This document shows, in pieces, positions 1 to 14,819 of a DNA stretch of 64,000 nt. The stretch comes from Chrysomallon squamiferum (Eukaryota > Animalia > Mollusca): assembly GCA_012295275.1 (NCBI GenBank), contig CM022672.1, positions 6,076,001 through 6,140,000 of the forward strand, in the 5' to 3' direction. The translations under genes and the position numbers were made by a program. Below the pieces are notes generated by a model. It saw only the letters and a list, made by a program, of their open reading frames with translations. It was not told where the DNA came from and searched no databases. Within the stretch, counting starts at the first letter, position 1; each line of letters opens with the position of its first letter.

Positions 1-338
1 TGATGAAGCCTTTTTCATATTTCCAAAGCAGACGATTACAGTTTTAATTTTATATTTTTGACAACCCTTTATCGAATCCGCTCGTTCGAAATAAGACTTC
101 TTTCTGTTATATATTAAATGTCGGGTTTAACACTTAGGGCGTCAATGCTGATCTCGCAGACAGATAATACGTCAGAAAATAGGTTCGTCGGTGTATTACA
201 TTAACAGAATTAGCTAACTTATGTATTGGAAACTTCACAAAGGGGAGATCATCTCATTATCAACTGATCTCACACACGTTTACGTTAGCTTGTTATTCTT
301 TTATTCTTTGTAAAGAAAAGAAAAAGAAAATGGACATA

Positions 339-402
339 ATGATAATAAAAATAATAATAACAATACTACTACTACTACTACTACAACTACTACTACTACT
401 AT

Positions 403-441
<39 letters not shown>

Positions 442-459
442 AACTACTACTACTACTAT

Positions 460-501
<42 letters not shown>

Positions 502-735
502 AACTACTATTAATAATAATAATAATAATAATAACAATAATAAATAATAATAACAACAATACTACTACTACTACTAATAATAATAATAATAACAATAATA
601 AAAAATAATAACAACAATACTACTAATACTAATACTAATACTACTAATACTAATACTACTACTACTAATATTAATAATAATAACAATAATAATAATAACA
701 ACAATAATGATGATGAATATGATGATGATGATGAT
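339..735. repeat. Compound (AAT)n/(ACT)n/(GAT)n microsatellite
   Basis: Directly visible trinucleotide tracts; the source of the poly-L/S/V/N ORFs. Confidence 0.95.
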
Positions 736-1739
736 GTTATTTATTTTCTTTTTTCCTAAATCAAAACATTAATTAATTACTATGGCCTAATGTGCAGATT
801 CTTTCTCAAATATTGTACCATTCATACACGCAGACACGCACACACACACACACACACATGCTTACACACATACATACACACACACATACATATACACATA
901 CATACATACATACATACACATATATATATATATAAACATACATACATACATACTAACATGCACAGATTCATATAGTATTTTCAGTATAACTGAATTATAC
1001 TTTGAGGCTATAATAAATAGCTTATTTCCGTGTAGTTATTACTAGTACGTTTGGAATTTACTTTACAGACATATCAGAAATGCTTGTCCTCCAATCAAGC
1101 AAACAGAAATGCTATTTATCATATTTCCTAAATGGTTGTTGTCGTAAACGTAAAGTGAACAATTGTAAATTACCTGGATTATTTTTGGTATAATGTATTA
1201 TTCAGACTTTATGAGTTTATCTCTTGAGCAGAAAGTGGCTGTTCTTTGTAAAGATAAAAAAAAATTCTCTTTTCTTTTACTGTTTTATTTTATTTTTATT
1301 GTTATTTATTTATTTATTCCTTTATTTATTTATTTTTTTTTTGTTTTGTTTTGTTTTGTTTCGTTTATTTATTTATTTATTTAATTTTATTTAATTGTAT
1401 TTATTTATTTTAAAAAAAAATGTTTTCATTATTATTATTATTATTATTTTTATATACAAGATGAAAAACAATTGTGACATCATCATTAATCCATGAAGAA
1501 CGAAAAAAATAAATGAAACAAGAACAAATTAACTGTGTCTCATTTTCTTTAAACTTCATGCAAATTTTTTTATTCTTTTAGCAACATACAATTTTATACG
1601 TAATTTTTGTAAAGTGAACATTTAGAATTGCGATCTTTGTACGAGATCCGATAAAACTGGAAGGTGAAAGAATCTTTAGTAAACATTCCAGTAAACATAG
1701 TAAAACATATTGTTTTGACTTTGTTTAATTTATTTATTT

Positions 1740-1744
1740 ATGAA

Positions 1745-1775
<31 letters not shown>

Positions 1776-2023
1776 TATTATTGTTCTTTTTATTATTGTT
1801 GTTGTTGTTGCTGTTATTGTTCGTATTATTATTATTACTATTATTATTATTGTTATTATTAGTATTGTTGTTATTATTACTATCATTATTGTTGTTATTG
1901 TTGTTAATTCATTTCTTTCTCTTTTTTTGTGAAATATAAAAGTGATATAATATAATTTTTATTATCTTTTAATAAATACATAAATAGATAGACAGACCGA
2001 GAGACATACATATATATATATAT

Positions 2024-2056
<33 letters not shown>

Positions 2057-2057
2057 G

Positions 2058-2112
<55 letters not shown>

Positions 2113-2250
2113 GAGATAGAAAGATATATAGAGAAATAGAAAAATAAACAATTAAATAAATAAATAAATAGACAGAGAGAGACAGACACATAGATAGACA
2201 GATAAATACATAAATAAACAATTTAATTAATTAATTAATTAATTAATAAA
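1740..2250. repeat. Compound (TTA/TTG)n, (TA)n, (GATA)n and (TAAA/TTAA)n microsatellites
   Basis: Directly visible. Confidence 0.93.
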
Positions 2251-3549
2251 AACTGTAGTAGGTGGTAGTTACTGGGTAGTAAAATGAATTATAGCAATAT
2301 AATTTATTGTTTTAGCGATTACAGTAGCAGTAGTAGTAGTATTGTTGTAGTTTTTCTTCTTATTGTTGTTGTTGTTGTTATTGTTGTGTTTGTAGTTAAC
2401 GTAATTATAGGACTAGTGGTAATAGTGGTAGTTGTGGAGAAAACTGGTAGCAGCAGTAGTTGTTATAATTGCATTTTAATAAGATTATTATTATCTCGCT
2501 GATATCAGACAACAAAGACACAGTTATTATACTCATTATGAGGTTTTTTTCTTTTATTCTTTTATCTCATAACGTCTTTCGTGTTCATCTGCTTTAAATT
2601 TCCTTTCCCATTTCTTGTCACGTTTTTGCGTGTCAGGAACAATCTTCCTATGAGAAGGCGAAACGAGCGATTCTGTGATTATATTTTCATTTTCCTCAGC
2701 TTAAGCAATACTTACCTCCTCTGAGTATCTCTTGACTTCATATGAAGTCTTATCTCTGTTGTTTTTTTTTTTTTGGTTTTTTACCAGATATGTCAAAGTA
2801 AAAGAAATAGGTCTTATTAAAAATCTGAAGAAAAAAACAACAAAAAAAACAAACAAACACGTTTTTGTTCAGTCATGTTTTATTGGTATCTTTTGTTATA
2901 TTTTTTTTTTTCAGAGAAAGAGACCCATTAAAATGAGAGTTTTAAACGCGTGATAGGATTAGGTGTTATATTTTATCAGAGTTAATAACATCTTCGGTTC
3001 AGTAAATGAATATGTTACTCAGTCTTTGAATGATTACAATCACTGATCACTCTTAATATAAACGTATATCTTTAGACCTCATGTTGTAGCTTGTATTCAA
3101 AAGCAAAACTTATATGTTGTTTTAATACTAACATCTTCTGATATACTTTAAAATGAAAGTATATATATATGTTATACCCCCAACTTGAGATTTGTGTTCC
3201 ACAATAGAAACGTATATCCTTTGTTTTTGATATTGTTGTTATATATCAGCTTTCTTATATACACATCTGAGATTCGCCAGTTCACTCGTTATATATCTGA
3301 TGCCGCATGCTTCTGATACCATCATCCAAACCATAAAGCTTTTGAAGTATACTTTTGTTGCTATGTAGAGTTGGTATACTTCCAAATTATTGTTTTATTT
3401 GTCTGTGTGACCATATGTTACTAGTAAAACAGCATGTTAATAAAATAACAATATATATATATATATATATATATACACAAAACGACATATGTCGTTGTTT
3501 TACATTAAGTCATTTTTGATGTAGTTTAAAAATATGTAATATTATAAAA

Positions 3550-3588
<39 letters not shown>

Positions 3589-3779
3589 TGTCAAAAACAC
3601 CCCAACAATAAAACAAATTAAAAAAACAAAATATCAATACCTAACAAATAAAGAATTAAATAAACAACGAAGGAAATAGGTAAATAGATAGACAGACAGA
3701 CAGAGAGACAGACATATAGGCAGTCAGACAGACAGACATATAAACAGACAGACAGACAGAGATAGATAGATAGTCAGAG

Positions 3780-3867
<88 letters not shown>

Positions 3868-5818
3868 AGAGCAACAGACAAAAACACGCAAACAAAAATG
3901 AAAAAGTTAAAATAAAATATAATATAATATAATAACAATCATAGAAGCAAACAAACAAATGAAAAAATAAATAACTTAGTTCATAGTTCTGAAACACACC
4001 ATAGGAAATTTTTGGGATTGTATTCTTTTGTTGTTATTTTTCATTATTTTATTATTTCATATATATATATATATAGTTCAAATAAATATTGCACACTTTT
4101 AAGTTTTATTTTATTTATTTAATACCGTCCATTCTTTAGTATGAAATAATAAAATAAAAAAAAAAAAATATATATATATATATATCACTAAATTTATTCT
4201 TTAACGTAAACTGAAATAAGAGAGAGCTCCAGAAACATTTTAAACAATAAGTTGTTTTCTAATATTGTCTTATGTCTTATTATTGTATCAAAAATATTTT
4301 AATTTTGAAAATCAAGGAAATTAAATTGATACTGAAATTATCTGTATAAGGTATACACAGAGAATATATGAAACAAATTACAGAAAAATAAAATATCTTT
4401 AAAAGTAAAAGTGAAAGAAAAATCTGTTTTAGAGTCAGTGATGTGTTAATAACAATATCTGTTTATTTTAAAATAGTTCCGTTTCCTTTCTTTCTTTATC
4501 TTAATTTATTTTGTATTTATTTATTTCATTTTTCTATTTTTTATTTTTTTTCTAGTCTTTTTTTTTTTTTTTTCTCTCTCTCTTTTCAAAGTTATTTGTA
4601 CAAAAATAACTGATAAATTAATCAAATTAAATAATAATCAAAATACACTGTTCAACAGTCGTTGGCTTGTCCGTCATTTTTTAATTTTTTTTATTCCGCT
4701 TCTGTTTTTAAAACTAAATTACGTGACGTGAGTAACGGCGCGACGACGCTGGCTGTTTAACACGCAGTAAACACGCGGCAATGCATCAAACAGGATTAAT
4801 GCGTCCCCATCTCGTTTTCCAAAACAAAATTCCACTTTGCGATGACCAGATAGCCTTCAGCAAATTTCCGCAGCATCTTAATTTCCTATGGTTTACCATA
4901 ATCTCGTTTTTTTCACGCCTCGCTGATCCTCCCGGAACGGTCCAAGACAGGCCTTGTAAAGCACTGTGACGTCACATCCGCGATGTGATAGCGTCTTTCA
5001 CGCAAGACTTTCTAACAACCGCAGTGAGAAATGGTCGATCACAAAAAGTGGTGTCCGTTTCATAGACTCGGCACTTAGCACTGCCCGCAGTCATCAAGTC
5101 TCGCTATGACTGGTTTCCTCTTCTTCTCCGTTTACCTTGTTAAAACGACAATGAAAATTCTCCAACAATCACTCAAGAAAATATTATCAAATTGCTCTCA
5201 CTTTGTGCGATGGATTAATTGGCAGAATCATCGAAGAAGAGTCACAGTACAATTCTCTTGTTGTTGTTTTTTTTTTCTCTCTCTCTCTCTCTCTCTCTCT
5301 TCTTTCTTTCTTCACACGCTGTTGAAGAGGTTTGTAAAAAGAAAGCGAAACAATAGAAATTTACTGGAACAGGACATTTTGAAAAAAAAAAAAAAAAAAA
5401 AAAAAAAAAGAAAAGAAAGAAAGCAAAACAACTGAACGATACTCCAACAGAGTCGTTGTGAGAGCACAACAAAGTCTGTACGAGCGAATCGCTTCAGAGA
5501 ATTTAATGTTACGGACTTTGTACAGGCCCGATGGTCCGTGAGAGATCGTAAACTCTAAAAACAAACTTAACAGATTTAAAAGTTTCAATAATATTAGTTT
5601 TAAAAAAAAAACAATTAAAAAAATCACCGAGCGAAGGTTCAGGAAATCTTGTTTTGCTCGAGGTGTTTTGGCCATGTGCGAAAATAGTACCCCCTCGAAC
5701 ACTTGACTCAAACAATCAGTTTTATTATGTGTTAAGACCATTCCAAAGTCATTGCTGAGAAGCGTAAAGAGAGTGTGAAATGGCCGCCAGTTGTTTTTTG
5801 AACAACAGATAATCGTGT

Positions 5819-5837
5819 TAGCGCCACCTGGTGTTGC
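5819..5837 (-). promoter_or_regulatory. CTCF-like binding motif
   Basis: The minus strand reads GCAACACCAGGTGGCGCTA, against the well-known CTCF core TGGCCACCAGG(G/T)GGCGCTA. Confidence 0.55.
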
Positions 5838-6187
5838 AGTTGAACTCTTAATATAAACAGTTAGCAACAAGTATTCATTGTGAGAGACATATGTAATTAC
5901 ACGTCTTGTTGCATGAGTAAAATATATTATAATGACATGAAATTTTAATCAGTCTCAGCTCTAATGAAGCGCATATAAGTATGACATAATGTGTAAAATA
6001 TTTAGCAATCTATTCCAGTGGTTCCCTGTTGTAGTTTCGAAACAAAATTAAAAAAAAAAAAAAAAAAAAAAAAAGAAATAATTTATTACAATTATTATAA
6101 CATTTGTAACCAAATGATACATACGCAGATGAGGTCTTGGTATATATGAATTGTAAATTACATGTGTTATACACATTTTTTTAATAT

Positions 6188-6218
<31 letters not shown>

Positions 6219-6556
6219 CTGCATATTCAGTTATAAATGATACGTCTTTAAACTTAGCTGTTTGTTAATTAATTGTGCTTGTTACGTGGAGGGATCTCGA
6301 AGTCCGTGAAAGAATTAATTTAAACAAATGAGGACTCTGTTTATCTGGTCCCGTCTCTCTACCCGATGTAACGAAACGACCACAGATTTTCCACAGTAAT
6401 AATAAAAACACTAAATCTCGATCAGATCATCTCAGCTACAGTAAAGCGGATATAAGCACGACATAATAATAATAATAATAATAAAATACACCGTAATAAT
6501 TATATACTGAATTAAGTCCTTTTAATCAGCAGACACAGATTAGAAGGACTTTCTCA

Positions 6557-7593
6557 ACATTTACAGTGCTTTCTATAGAATATAATACGCACATACTGTA
6601 CGTTAACAGTGAAGTCTGTAGAGTAATAATACGTACATACTGTATGTACATTAACAGTGACGCCTACAGAGTAATAATACGCACATACTGTACATTAACA
6701 GTGACGCCTACAGAGTAATAATACGTACATACTGTACGTTAACAGTGACGCCTACAGAGTGATAATACGCACATACTGTACATTAACAGTGACGCCTACA
6801 GAGTGATAATACGTACATACTGTACGTTAACAGTGACGCCTACAGAGCAATAATACGCACAAACTGTACATTAACAGTGCCGCCTACAGAGTAATAATGC
6901 GTACATACTGTACGTTAACAGTGCCGCCTTCAGAGTAATAATACGTACATACTGTACATTAACAGTGCCGCCTACAGAGCAATAATACGCACAAACTGTA
7001 CATTAACAGTGCCGCCTACAGAGTAATAATACGTACATACTGTACGTTAACAGTGACGCCTACAGAGTAATAATACGTACACTCTGTACATTAACAGTGC
7101 CGCCTACAGAGCAATAATACGCACAAACTGTACATTAACAGTGACGCCTACAGAGTAATAATACGTACATACTGTACGTTAACAGTGACGCCTACAGAGT
7201 GATAATACGCACATACTGTACGTTAACAGTGACGCCTACAGAGTGATAATACGTACACTCTGTACAAACTGTACGTTAACAGTGACGCCTACAGAGTGAT
7301 AATACGTACAAACTGTACGTTAACAGTGCCGCCTACAGTAATAATACGATAATACGTACAAACTGTACGTTAACAGTGACGCCTACAGAGTGATAATACG
7401 TACAAACTGTACGTTAACAGTGACGCCTACAGAGTGATAATACGCACATACTGTACGTTAACAGTGACGCCTACAGAGTAATAATACGTACAAACTGTAC
7501 GTTAACAGTGACGCCTACAGAGTGATAATACGCACATACTGTACGTTAACAGTGACGCCTACAGAGTGATAATACGCACATACTGTACGTTAA
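6557..7593. repeat. 44-bp minisatellite, ~23 copies
   Basis: Consensus TAATAATACGTACATACTGTACGTTAACAGTGACGCCTACAGAG. Period 44 verified (ACTGTAC at 6731 and 6775). Units are near-identical with a few recurrent variant sites. Confidence 0.97.
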
Positions 7594-10500
7594 TATATGT
7601 TATATTACAATAGCATTAAAAATATAACATAGTAATTTAACACTATTAACAGCCACAGCTGTAGATGTATTGTGTTTGCATTAACGTAGTTATAATATAA
7701 GCCACAGTGTCGACTTACGCTATTCATATCATTATAGATTTTGCCAGTCACAGCGTTATAATAGTTTTAAGACGTCAAGTAAGCTTATTATCATAAATAT
7801 TTGTTGTTTATTTTAGTCATCTGTGCTTAAACCATTTTTTTTTTTTTTTTTTTAGCTGTTTCTAAACAGCATGCTGGTCTAAGTAAATATTTTTTGTAAA
7901 AACAAATATGTCAGACTCATTGCAAATTTAGAACATTTATTCACACATCTAACAACAGAAAACCACAGTTATATTTTCCTGCGACTTGTTTTTCTTATTA
8001 TGATCTTAAATTTTTGATTTTTCTTTTTTTTTTTTTTTCTTTTTTGGTTTAAAGTAGAAAAAATATTTCCTCATTAAAACTCATCATTTATAAATTAACA
8101 ACCATAAATTCTGTGCGTTTTTGTATATTTATCATATTATAAATAATATAAAAATTATACGTGTAATAACGGCAGTATGATGAAGTTGCATGATAAAATT
8201 AGTCATTAAAAACAAAACAAAAAAACATTCACTTTTTATCTAATTTCAAACTGTAAAATAACACTTTCAGAAGAAGTAAAAAAAAAAAATATCATATAAT
8301 AAAAAAAAAAAAATTAAAAGCTGTGTCTTTTCGTGGTTCTGCAACAACGACTGCAACTTTTTTTTCTTTTTTTTTTCAGTTCTCTCGCTGTTTGAAGAAA
8401 ACTTTGATTTCCTGATTGTTGAAAATCCCCCAAGAATTATGTTATTTTTTTAAGCATCTGACTCATACGACATCGCTTCTAGCAAAACTGTCCATTTAGC
8501 AGGCGATCTAAACATTATGGATTGCCAGTTAAAACGTAAACGAGTCCAAACTTTCCGCATCATTTCGTTTCAATTTCCGGAAAGCCGCAGTTTCGGTGCT
8601 GGTGTATTTGGAAGCGTTTCCTCCGACCATTCACCGCTTAACGCAGACACATTGCTTTAAAGGGTCTTAAGATTTTTCAAGATTCAGTTTCCGGACTCCG
8701 TAATTAATCCATATACAGAAGGTTAGCCCCGCAATTAGTCTGACAAAAGAGATGTAATTCGCTGGGTGATAGTGTGAGGTCATTGCAATGGCCGCGAACT
8801 CTTCGCGCATAGCTGCCATCGTGGCAGCCCCAGGCGAGTTGTTGAGGAGGCAAGGTTCTCTATTGTTATGAAATATTTTACTTCGCTTAAGATTCTAATT
8901 TTCGGGAGATTTTGTCTTTCAGTGATGCCCTAAAAGTTGTTTTGATGTTTAGGAACTAGATTCTTTCGTTTTCTGTTATATAAGCTTTCATCATTGTCAT
9001 CATCGTTATAATCATCATTATCATTACAGTCATTATTACCTATTCTTCTATGTATATTTATTACAGTTGCAATTAATTGATTATATCATCATCATCATAA
9101 TCGTTACTACTGCTACAACTACTGCCACTAATGCTGTTACTAATACTAATACTAATTCTGATATTACTGCCTGCCATCATCATCACCAACATGATAAACA
9201 TTGTTGTAGTTGTTGTTTTTGTTCTTGTTGTTGAGTAAATTCAACCAGAATAGCGCAAATAAAATATTTAAAGATATTAATTTCAGTTAAAAAAAGCTAA
9301 CTAAAAAAAAAAAAAAAGCAACTTTTGTTTCTCTCTTTAAGTTCCACATTCACTGGAACAATTTACCGTTACGTTTCAGGATTAAAGTTACACAATAAAA
9401 CAAAACGCACCTACGTTTATAAGTGCTCACGTTCCTGTAAGGGTCCTATAACCTAGCTGATTGAAATCATTAAATATTCATCAACCAAGAGAAAAACCAT
9501 CGTTCATCAAGCGAAGACGTTTCCAAATATACATTTCAATAAGCAGCGACAAAAAAAAAGCATCAATGCTATAAAAAAAAGGGTTTAAAATCAAACAATA
9601 AACAGAAAAAAAAAAAAAAAAAACAGAAACAACAAAACAAACAAACAAAAACACCTGTAAAAAAAAAAAAAAAAAAAAAAATTAAAAAAAACCAATGTCG
9701 TTTTGACACGGCGCTGCTCCTAAGAGAATGCAACAGAGAAAGCTGAAATAAAAGGCCTTAAAAAATTCATAACATTTAATCGCTTGGGTATTTTGGGTAA
9801 TGCTTTGTAGTTAGTATACACTTAATATTTAATTGTCCGCCACGCCAGTCTACGCGCTCGAAACAAACGTTTCTGCCACCTCGGGTCCAACCGGTGATTT
9901 GCGCCAATATTCGTGTCTGTCGAGGCGAGCCTTGACAGCATTTTAAGGCGATCTAAATTTTCGCAGTGATAACCCGTTTCAATAGCGCCGATATCCTGCA
10001 ATGATTACAAGAGAACAAAAACCCTCATAGAAAGATGTAGTCGAGAATTTAATATTTCATATGTTCAATACGGCATGGCTTCGATTTATTACGCGTCACA
10101 ATGGCGAGTAAGTGATGTGTATAAAACCTGCGTCACCCAAGAGTGATCCACCCGTGTGAGACAATGGATCCACTTTTAAACACTTTTAAAGATTTAGAAT
10201 ATAATAACGTTTTGCTGATTGCTCGGTGCAAAGCGCATATTGTCCGCATTTTCCGCTAGATTAAACATCTTCCTTTCAGTCCCCAGAACAAATCACCGTA
10301 AAGAGTCGACTTTGAATATTTTATGATCTTCTTTCTATCGCGCCAGCATGCGTTAAAAGCTGACTTCATTTCTCGATGCATGTACCATTGTTGTCTTTCT
10401 TCGGTGATAGCTGTTTGGACAATATTTGGATAAAATGTGTGAAAAATGAATCAGTTAATGCCAGTAATTATGACATTAACTTCTTATGAATGTCACAGAC

Positions 10501-10829
10501 GATGTAAAAAGAAAGACATTCTGTGAAAGAAGCGCAAGAAAAAAAAAACGTGTTTGCTTTTTGAAGCGAAAATCCCAAAGCTCGTAGCATTTTTCGGAAT
10601 GAATAACAAATATAAATTTGATGTGTTGGTTTTGTGATGGTCAGATCATGTATATGTCATTTATTTTGTTGATAAAATATTAATATTTTTTTTATTATTA
10701 TTTTTATTTTTATTTATTTTTTTATCACATTATGTGTTATTATATTCGCTTAAAGTTGTTTTTATTCTTCTTCTTTATTTTTAACTCTTCTGTTATTATT
10801 TTAAAATGTTTTTATTTATTGATTTATTT

Positions 10830-11030
<201 letters not shown>

Positions 11031-11064
11031 TATCTCTTCTATTTCAGAACACAACTCTGTGTTT

Positions 11065-11180
11065 TAGAGTCTTGGTCTGATCTCAGGATCGACTCACCAA
11101 AGCCTGTTAGACAGGTTATTTCCCGTTCTAACCGATATGTCACGACATCAGAAGCCGTGTTATGTGTTTTCCCACCTAAC
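11065..11180 (+). mobile_element. Decayed tRNA-derived SINE-like fragment
   Basis: B-box-like GGATCGACTC at 11086 is followed ~28 nt later by GTTATTTCCCGTTCTAACC. The same motif order and spacing occur on the minus strand at 37703-37655. Confidence 0.4.
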
Positions 11181-11504
11181 CAAGAACTGAATGTCAACAG
11201 TCTGTTACAGATAATCAATAAATTACCAACTGAAGTGATTTCCTCTTTTGTATATTAGAAGATTTTTAAAATATTACAATTGACCTGAAAAAAAAGACAT
11301 AATTCATTTAACTCACAATTTCAAAAAAAAAAAAAAAAAAAACGTTCAGATGAAAAAACAATTGTATCTACAATATTAGTGCTGTCATTTTTTCCACATC
11401 TCAAAAACTGTCATTCAGATAATTATTACTGTGTCTTTAGAGATACAAGTCCAGTTAAAGAAGTGTAGATTAGATCTGTTAACAGTTAATTTGTTCAGGC
11501 GCAG

Positions 11505-11885
11505 TGAACGTTTATTTATTTAGTTATTTGTTTGTTGGTATGTGTATTTATTAGTTTGTTTGTTTATTTATTTATTTATTCATTAATTAATTATTATTGT
11601 TGTTGTTGTTGTTGTCGTTATTTTCTCATTCTTATTATGGAAGATTGTCCATATCCCAGTCTGTTTATCTTGTGTACTTTTTATTTATTTAATTATTTAT
11701 TTATTTATATATTTATTTATTTATATATTTATTTGTTTATTTATTTATTTGTTTGTTTGTTTGTTTGTTTGTTTGTTTGTTTATTTATTTGTTTATTTAT
11801 TTATTTGTTTATTTATTTATTTGTTTGTTTGTTTGTTTGTTTATATATTTATTTATTTACATATTTATATATTTATTTACTTATT
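11505..11885. repeat. (TTTA)n/(TTTG)n microsatellite field
   Basis: Directly visible. A reverse-orientation (TAAA/CAAA)n equivalent lies at 63060-63230. Confidence 0.9.
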
Positions 11886-14819
11886 CGTTCCATCTCTCTG
11901 TAATCAGACAGATTTTCATCAACAATAATAACATCGGCAGATTATGATGTGCTTTGGCTCGCTGGATCATTTGAAATACGAGATGTTGGGTTTTTAGCTG
12001 ATAATCTTTTTCTGGATATTTTATTTTTTATTTTTTTTTATGGTGTATCACTGGAAGTAAAAACGAACAATAAAACTTTCCAGTGTGTTATAAATAAACA
12101 TAAAATAACACTAAGATTATTGTAAAAGAACAAAATATGGAGAATACCATTTTTATTTTAGAACAGTTTTTATTATATCAGTGGTGATTTTTGTAACCTT
12201 TTCCTTCAAATCACTGTTCGTTCCTGAAAACTGTTATCAAAATTAAGAGCCTTATTTTATAAAGATTATTATTTAATCACCTATTTCCAAGAAATAGGTT
12301 TTTCATCCAGTCTTCCATCTGATTAAAGAATACATCATCTTATATATATATACTAGTAAAAGATAAACAGTTTTACTCATTGGGATTTCATATAAAAGAT
12401 GTTTAATAATTTTGTCTTGCAAATACGTAGTTTTTATCTTCAAAGATGTTTGTTAAATTGTACGATACCTAACTTGCTCTCCAATGTGACAAATAGATAT
12501 ACGAAGTTTAAAAATATTTTCCACTGTATACCTTTATACTCGATATCGACACCAGAATTTTTACTATATATTTATACGTATGTATGTATTATTAAAAGCT
12601 AATATTGCACGTACACATACACATACACACTCAAATACACAAGTACATAATTGCATAATGCATACTCAGACACACACACACACAACGAAAAAACATCCAT
12701 ACATCGATCCATACATACTAGCATTTATACATTCATGCATACATAAAGGTAAATATATAGACACTTACATACTTATGTTTATAAACCAGCAAATGAGAGG
12801 ACAGAAGCTTGCAGGCTGATGATGAATTATGCATATTTTATTTAACAAAAAAACATGTCATGAAAGGATGTTAACAACGACAGTGACGTTAGTAATGGAA
12901 TAAACATAGCATTAATGAACTTCACTTCACCTTTTTTATTAAACTGCAGCCACGAAAGATTACAATTACATTTATTTTTATATAATTATTTATTTTAGTT
13001 CGTTCTTCAGCAAACGTCTCCTTGACTACAAAATACAGTTCATTTGGCAGCAATAATGAAAAATATTACATATAAATATCAAGTGAAATACTTTCTTTAA
13101 AATACGTGAATTCCGTTCTACTCTAAGCGGACCACCAAAGATTCATTTTTAATCAGCTTAGTCTCTGTAGATGAATGAATGCGTATTTTGTCAATAGTTT
13201 CAAGTGAAAGTAAACTTTCCTATAACAATGCACATAAAATAATAAAAATTCTTTTTGCCGATCACGTCTGGATACAGAAATAATAATGTAAGGGAAGTGA
13301 TAAATAAAAATTCACGCGCGGGGTTTCTCGGTGCACAAACTTGCGACGGTTATTGCAGAAATCGCCTGGGCCGGACAAGTGGCAAGAGTCTGTAACAAGA
13401 ACGATAATCAAGTGTGTTTAAGTTTAAACACGTCCCCGATATTTCGCTAAGTAATTTCAAATTTACATGATCACAATCGACGAAAATATTAGATTAACTG
13501 AAATCAGCCACAAATACGCAATTTAGCGAAAGCTCGTGTCAACACGGGTGAGAGGCTACACGCACGAAAAGACCTTTCCGCTTTCAAACGAGACGATAGG
13601 ATTAAGCGGAAGGGAATATTCTGTGTCCCTTAAGTTAAAATCGTACATTCCTCCCAAGGTAGCGGCGCACTTGCACCTGGGGCGGTGAAGCTTTCACACG
13701 AGAGTGTTGGGTTTAAAGGGAATCGTGAATGGTCGACCAATGTCATTATGTTTTAGCTTGCCAGCCCCATTCAGTGCTTTAAAATCCAATCCGCCCATGA
13801 AAATGATGGACTTTATACACTAGGCCTTGAAACGTATTTTCTTGTGACATCTGGACTCTGCAAAGCAATTGTGCGGGCAATAAAAGATTAACTTCGTCTA
13901 AACAGATCTTCGGTACATCAAATTTAGTTTCTTCTGGCGGCGTGGTCGGAGAGAATGGCTTTTCCTTCAGTGACCGGCGAATTAATGAAAACATGGAAAA
14001 CAGACAAACGAAAAGGTTACAATCGTCGACTCAGGTGAAAATGAACAAAATCGTGCAGGATTTACCTCCCGTTGCTCCAAGCTTTGACAGTGAGAGAGAT
14101 TTTAAATTATTATCGCAGAGTAGTTGACGGAACTAACACAAGCTGTATCTCTTTTCGGGTGGGCTTCCCCAATCATTTAACGCAAAACTGAACTCATCGC
14201 ATCCTTTGTGATGATGATAAAGACAAAACTAAATTATATTTAAATGTAATTTGATACTAATATTAGACCACAAATCTTTTTTTTTCCTTCTTTATACTGA
14301 CACTTTCACAAGGATTCGTGTCTGCACACAAACACTCACATATTCATGAACGTAACTTTACACATTTATTCACACAGAGATCTCGCCAACAGAAACAAGC
14401 GTCATTTTCGCCTACATAGTTCCATCCATCCATCTATCCAGATATACACAACATACGTGCACACATACGAATACAGAGATACATACATTCATGCCTAGAG
14501 AAAATAGACAGACACACATATTCATACATACATAACATACACGCATACACACACACATATATATATATATTTATATACATAGATACATACATACTTACAT
14601 ACATACATACATAGATACATAGATACATACATACATACATACATACATACATACATACATACATACATACATACACACATTTACATGTATTTACATGTTT
14701 ATGTGTCTGTGTGTGTCCCCCCCACCACCCCACAAACAAAAACCTGATAATTATAAAAGCCACAGTTTTCTACAGATAACCGCCGAACCGTCATCGATAA
14801 CAATTTCACTGTTGTTTAT

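Noticed and set aside
2960-3290. Possible ~145-bp degenerate tandem duplication (AACATCTTC and AAACGTATATC each occur twice)
   Set aside because: Offsets are inconsistent (about 142-157 bp) and the matches are too short to support by eye.
5361-5870. 169-aa minus-strand ORF
   Set aside because: No recognisable domain, a non-ATG start, and it runs through a poly-T tract; more likely regulatory DNA.
6557-7593. CRISPR array interpretation of the palindromic 44-bp repeat
   Set aside because: Units are contiguous with no unique spacers, there are no cas genes, and the context is a spliced eukaryotic locus.
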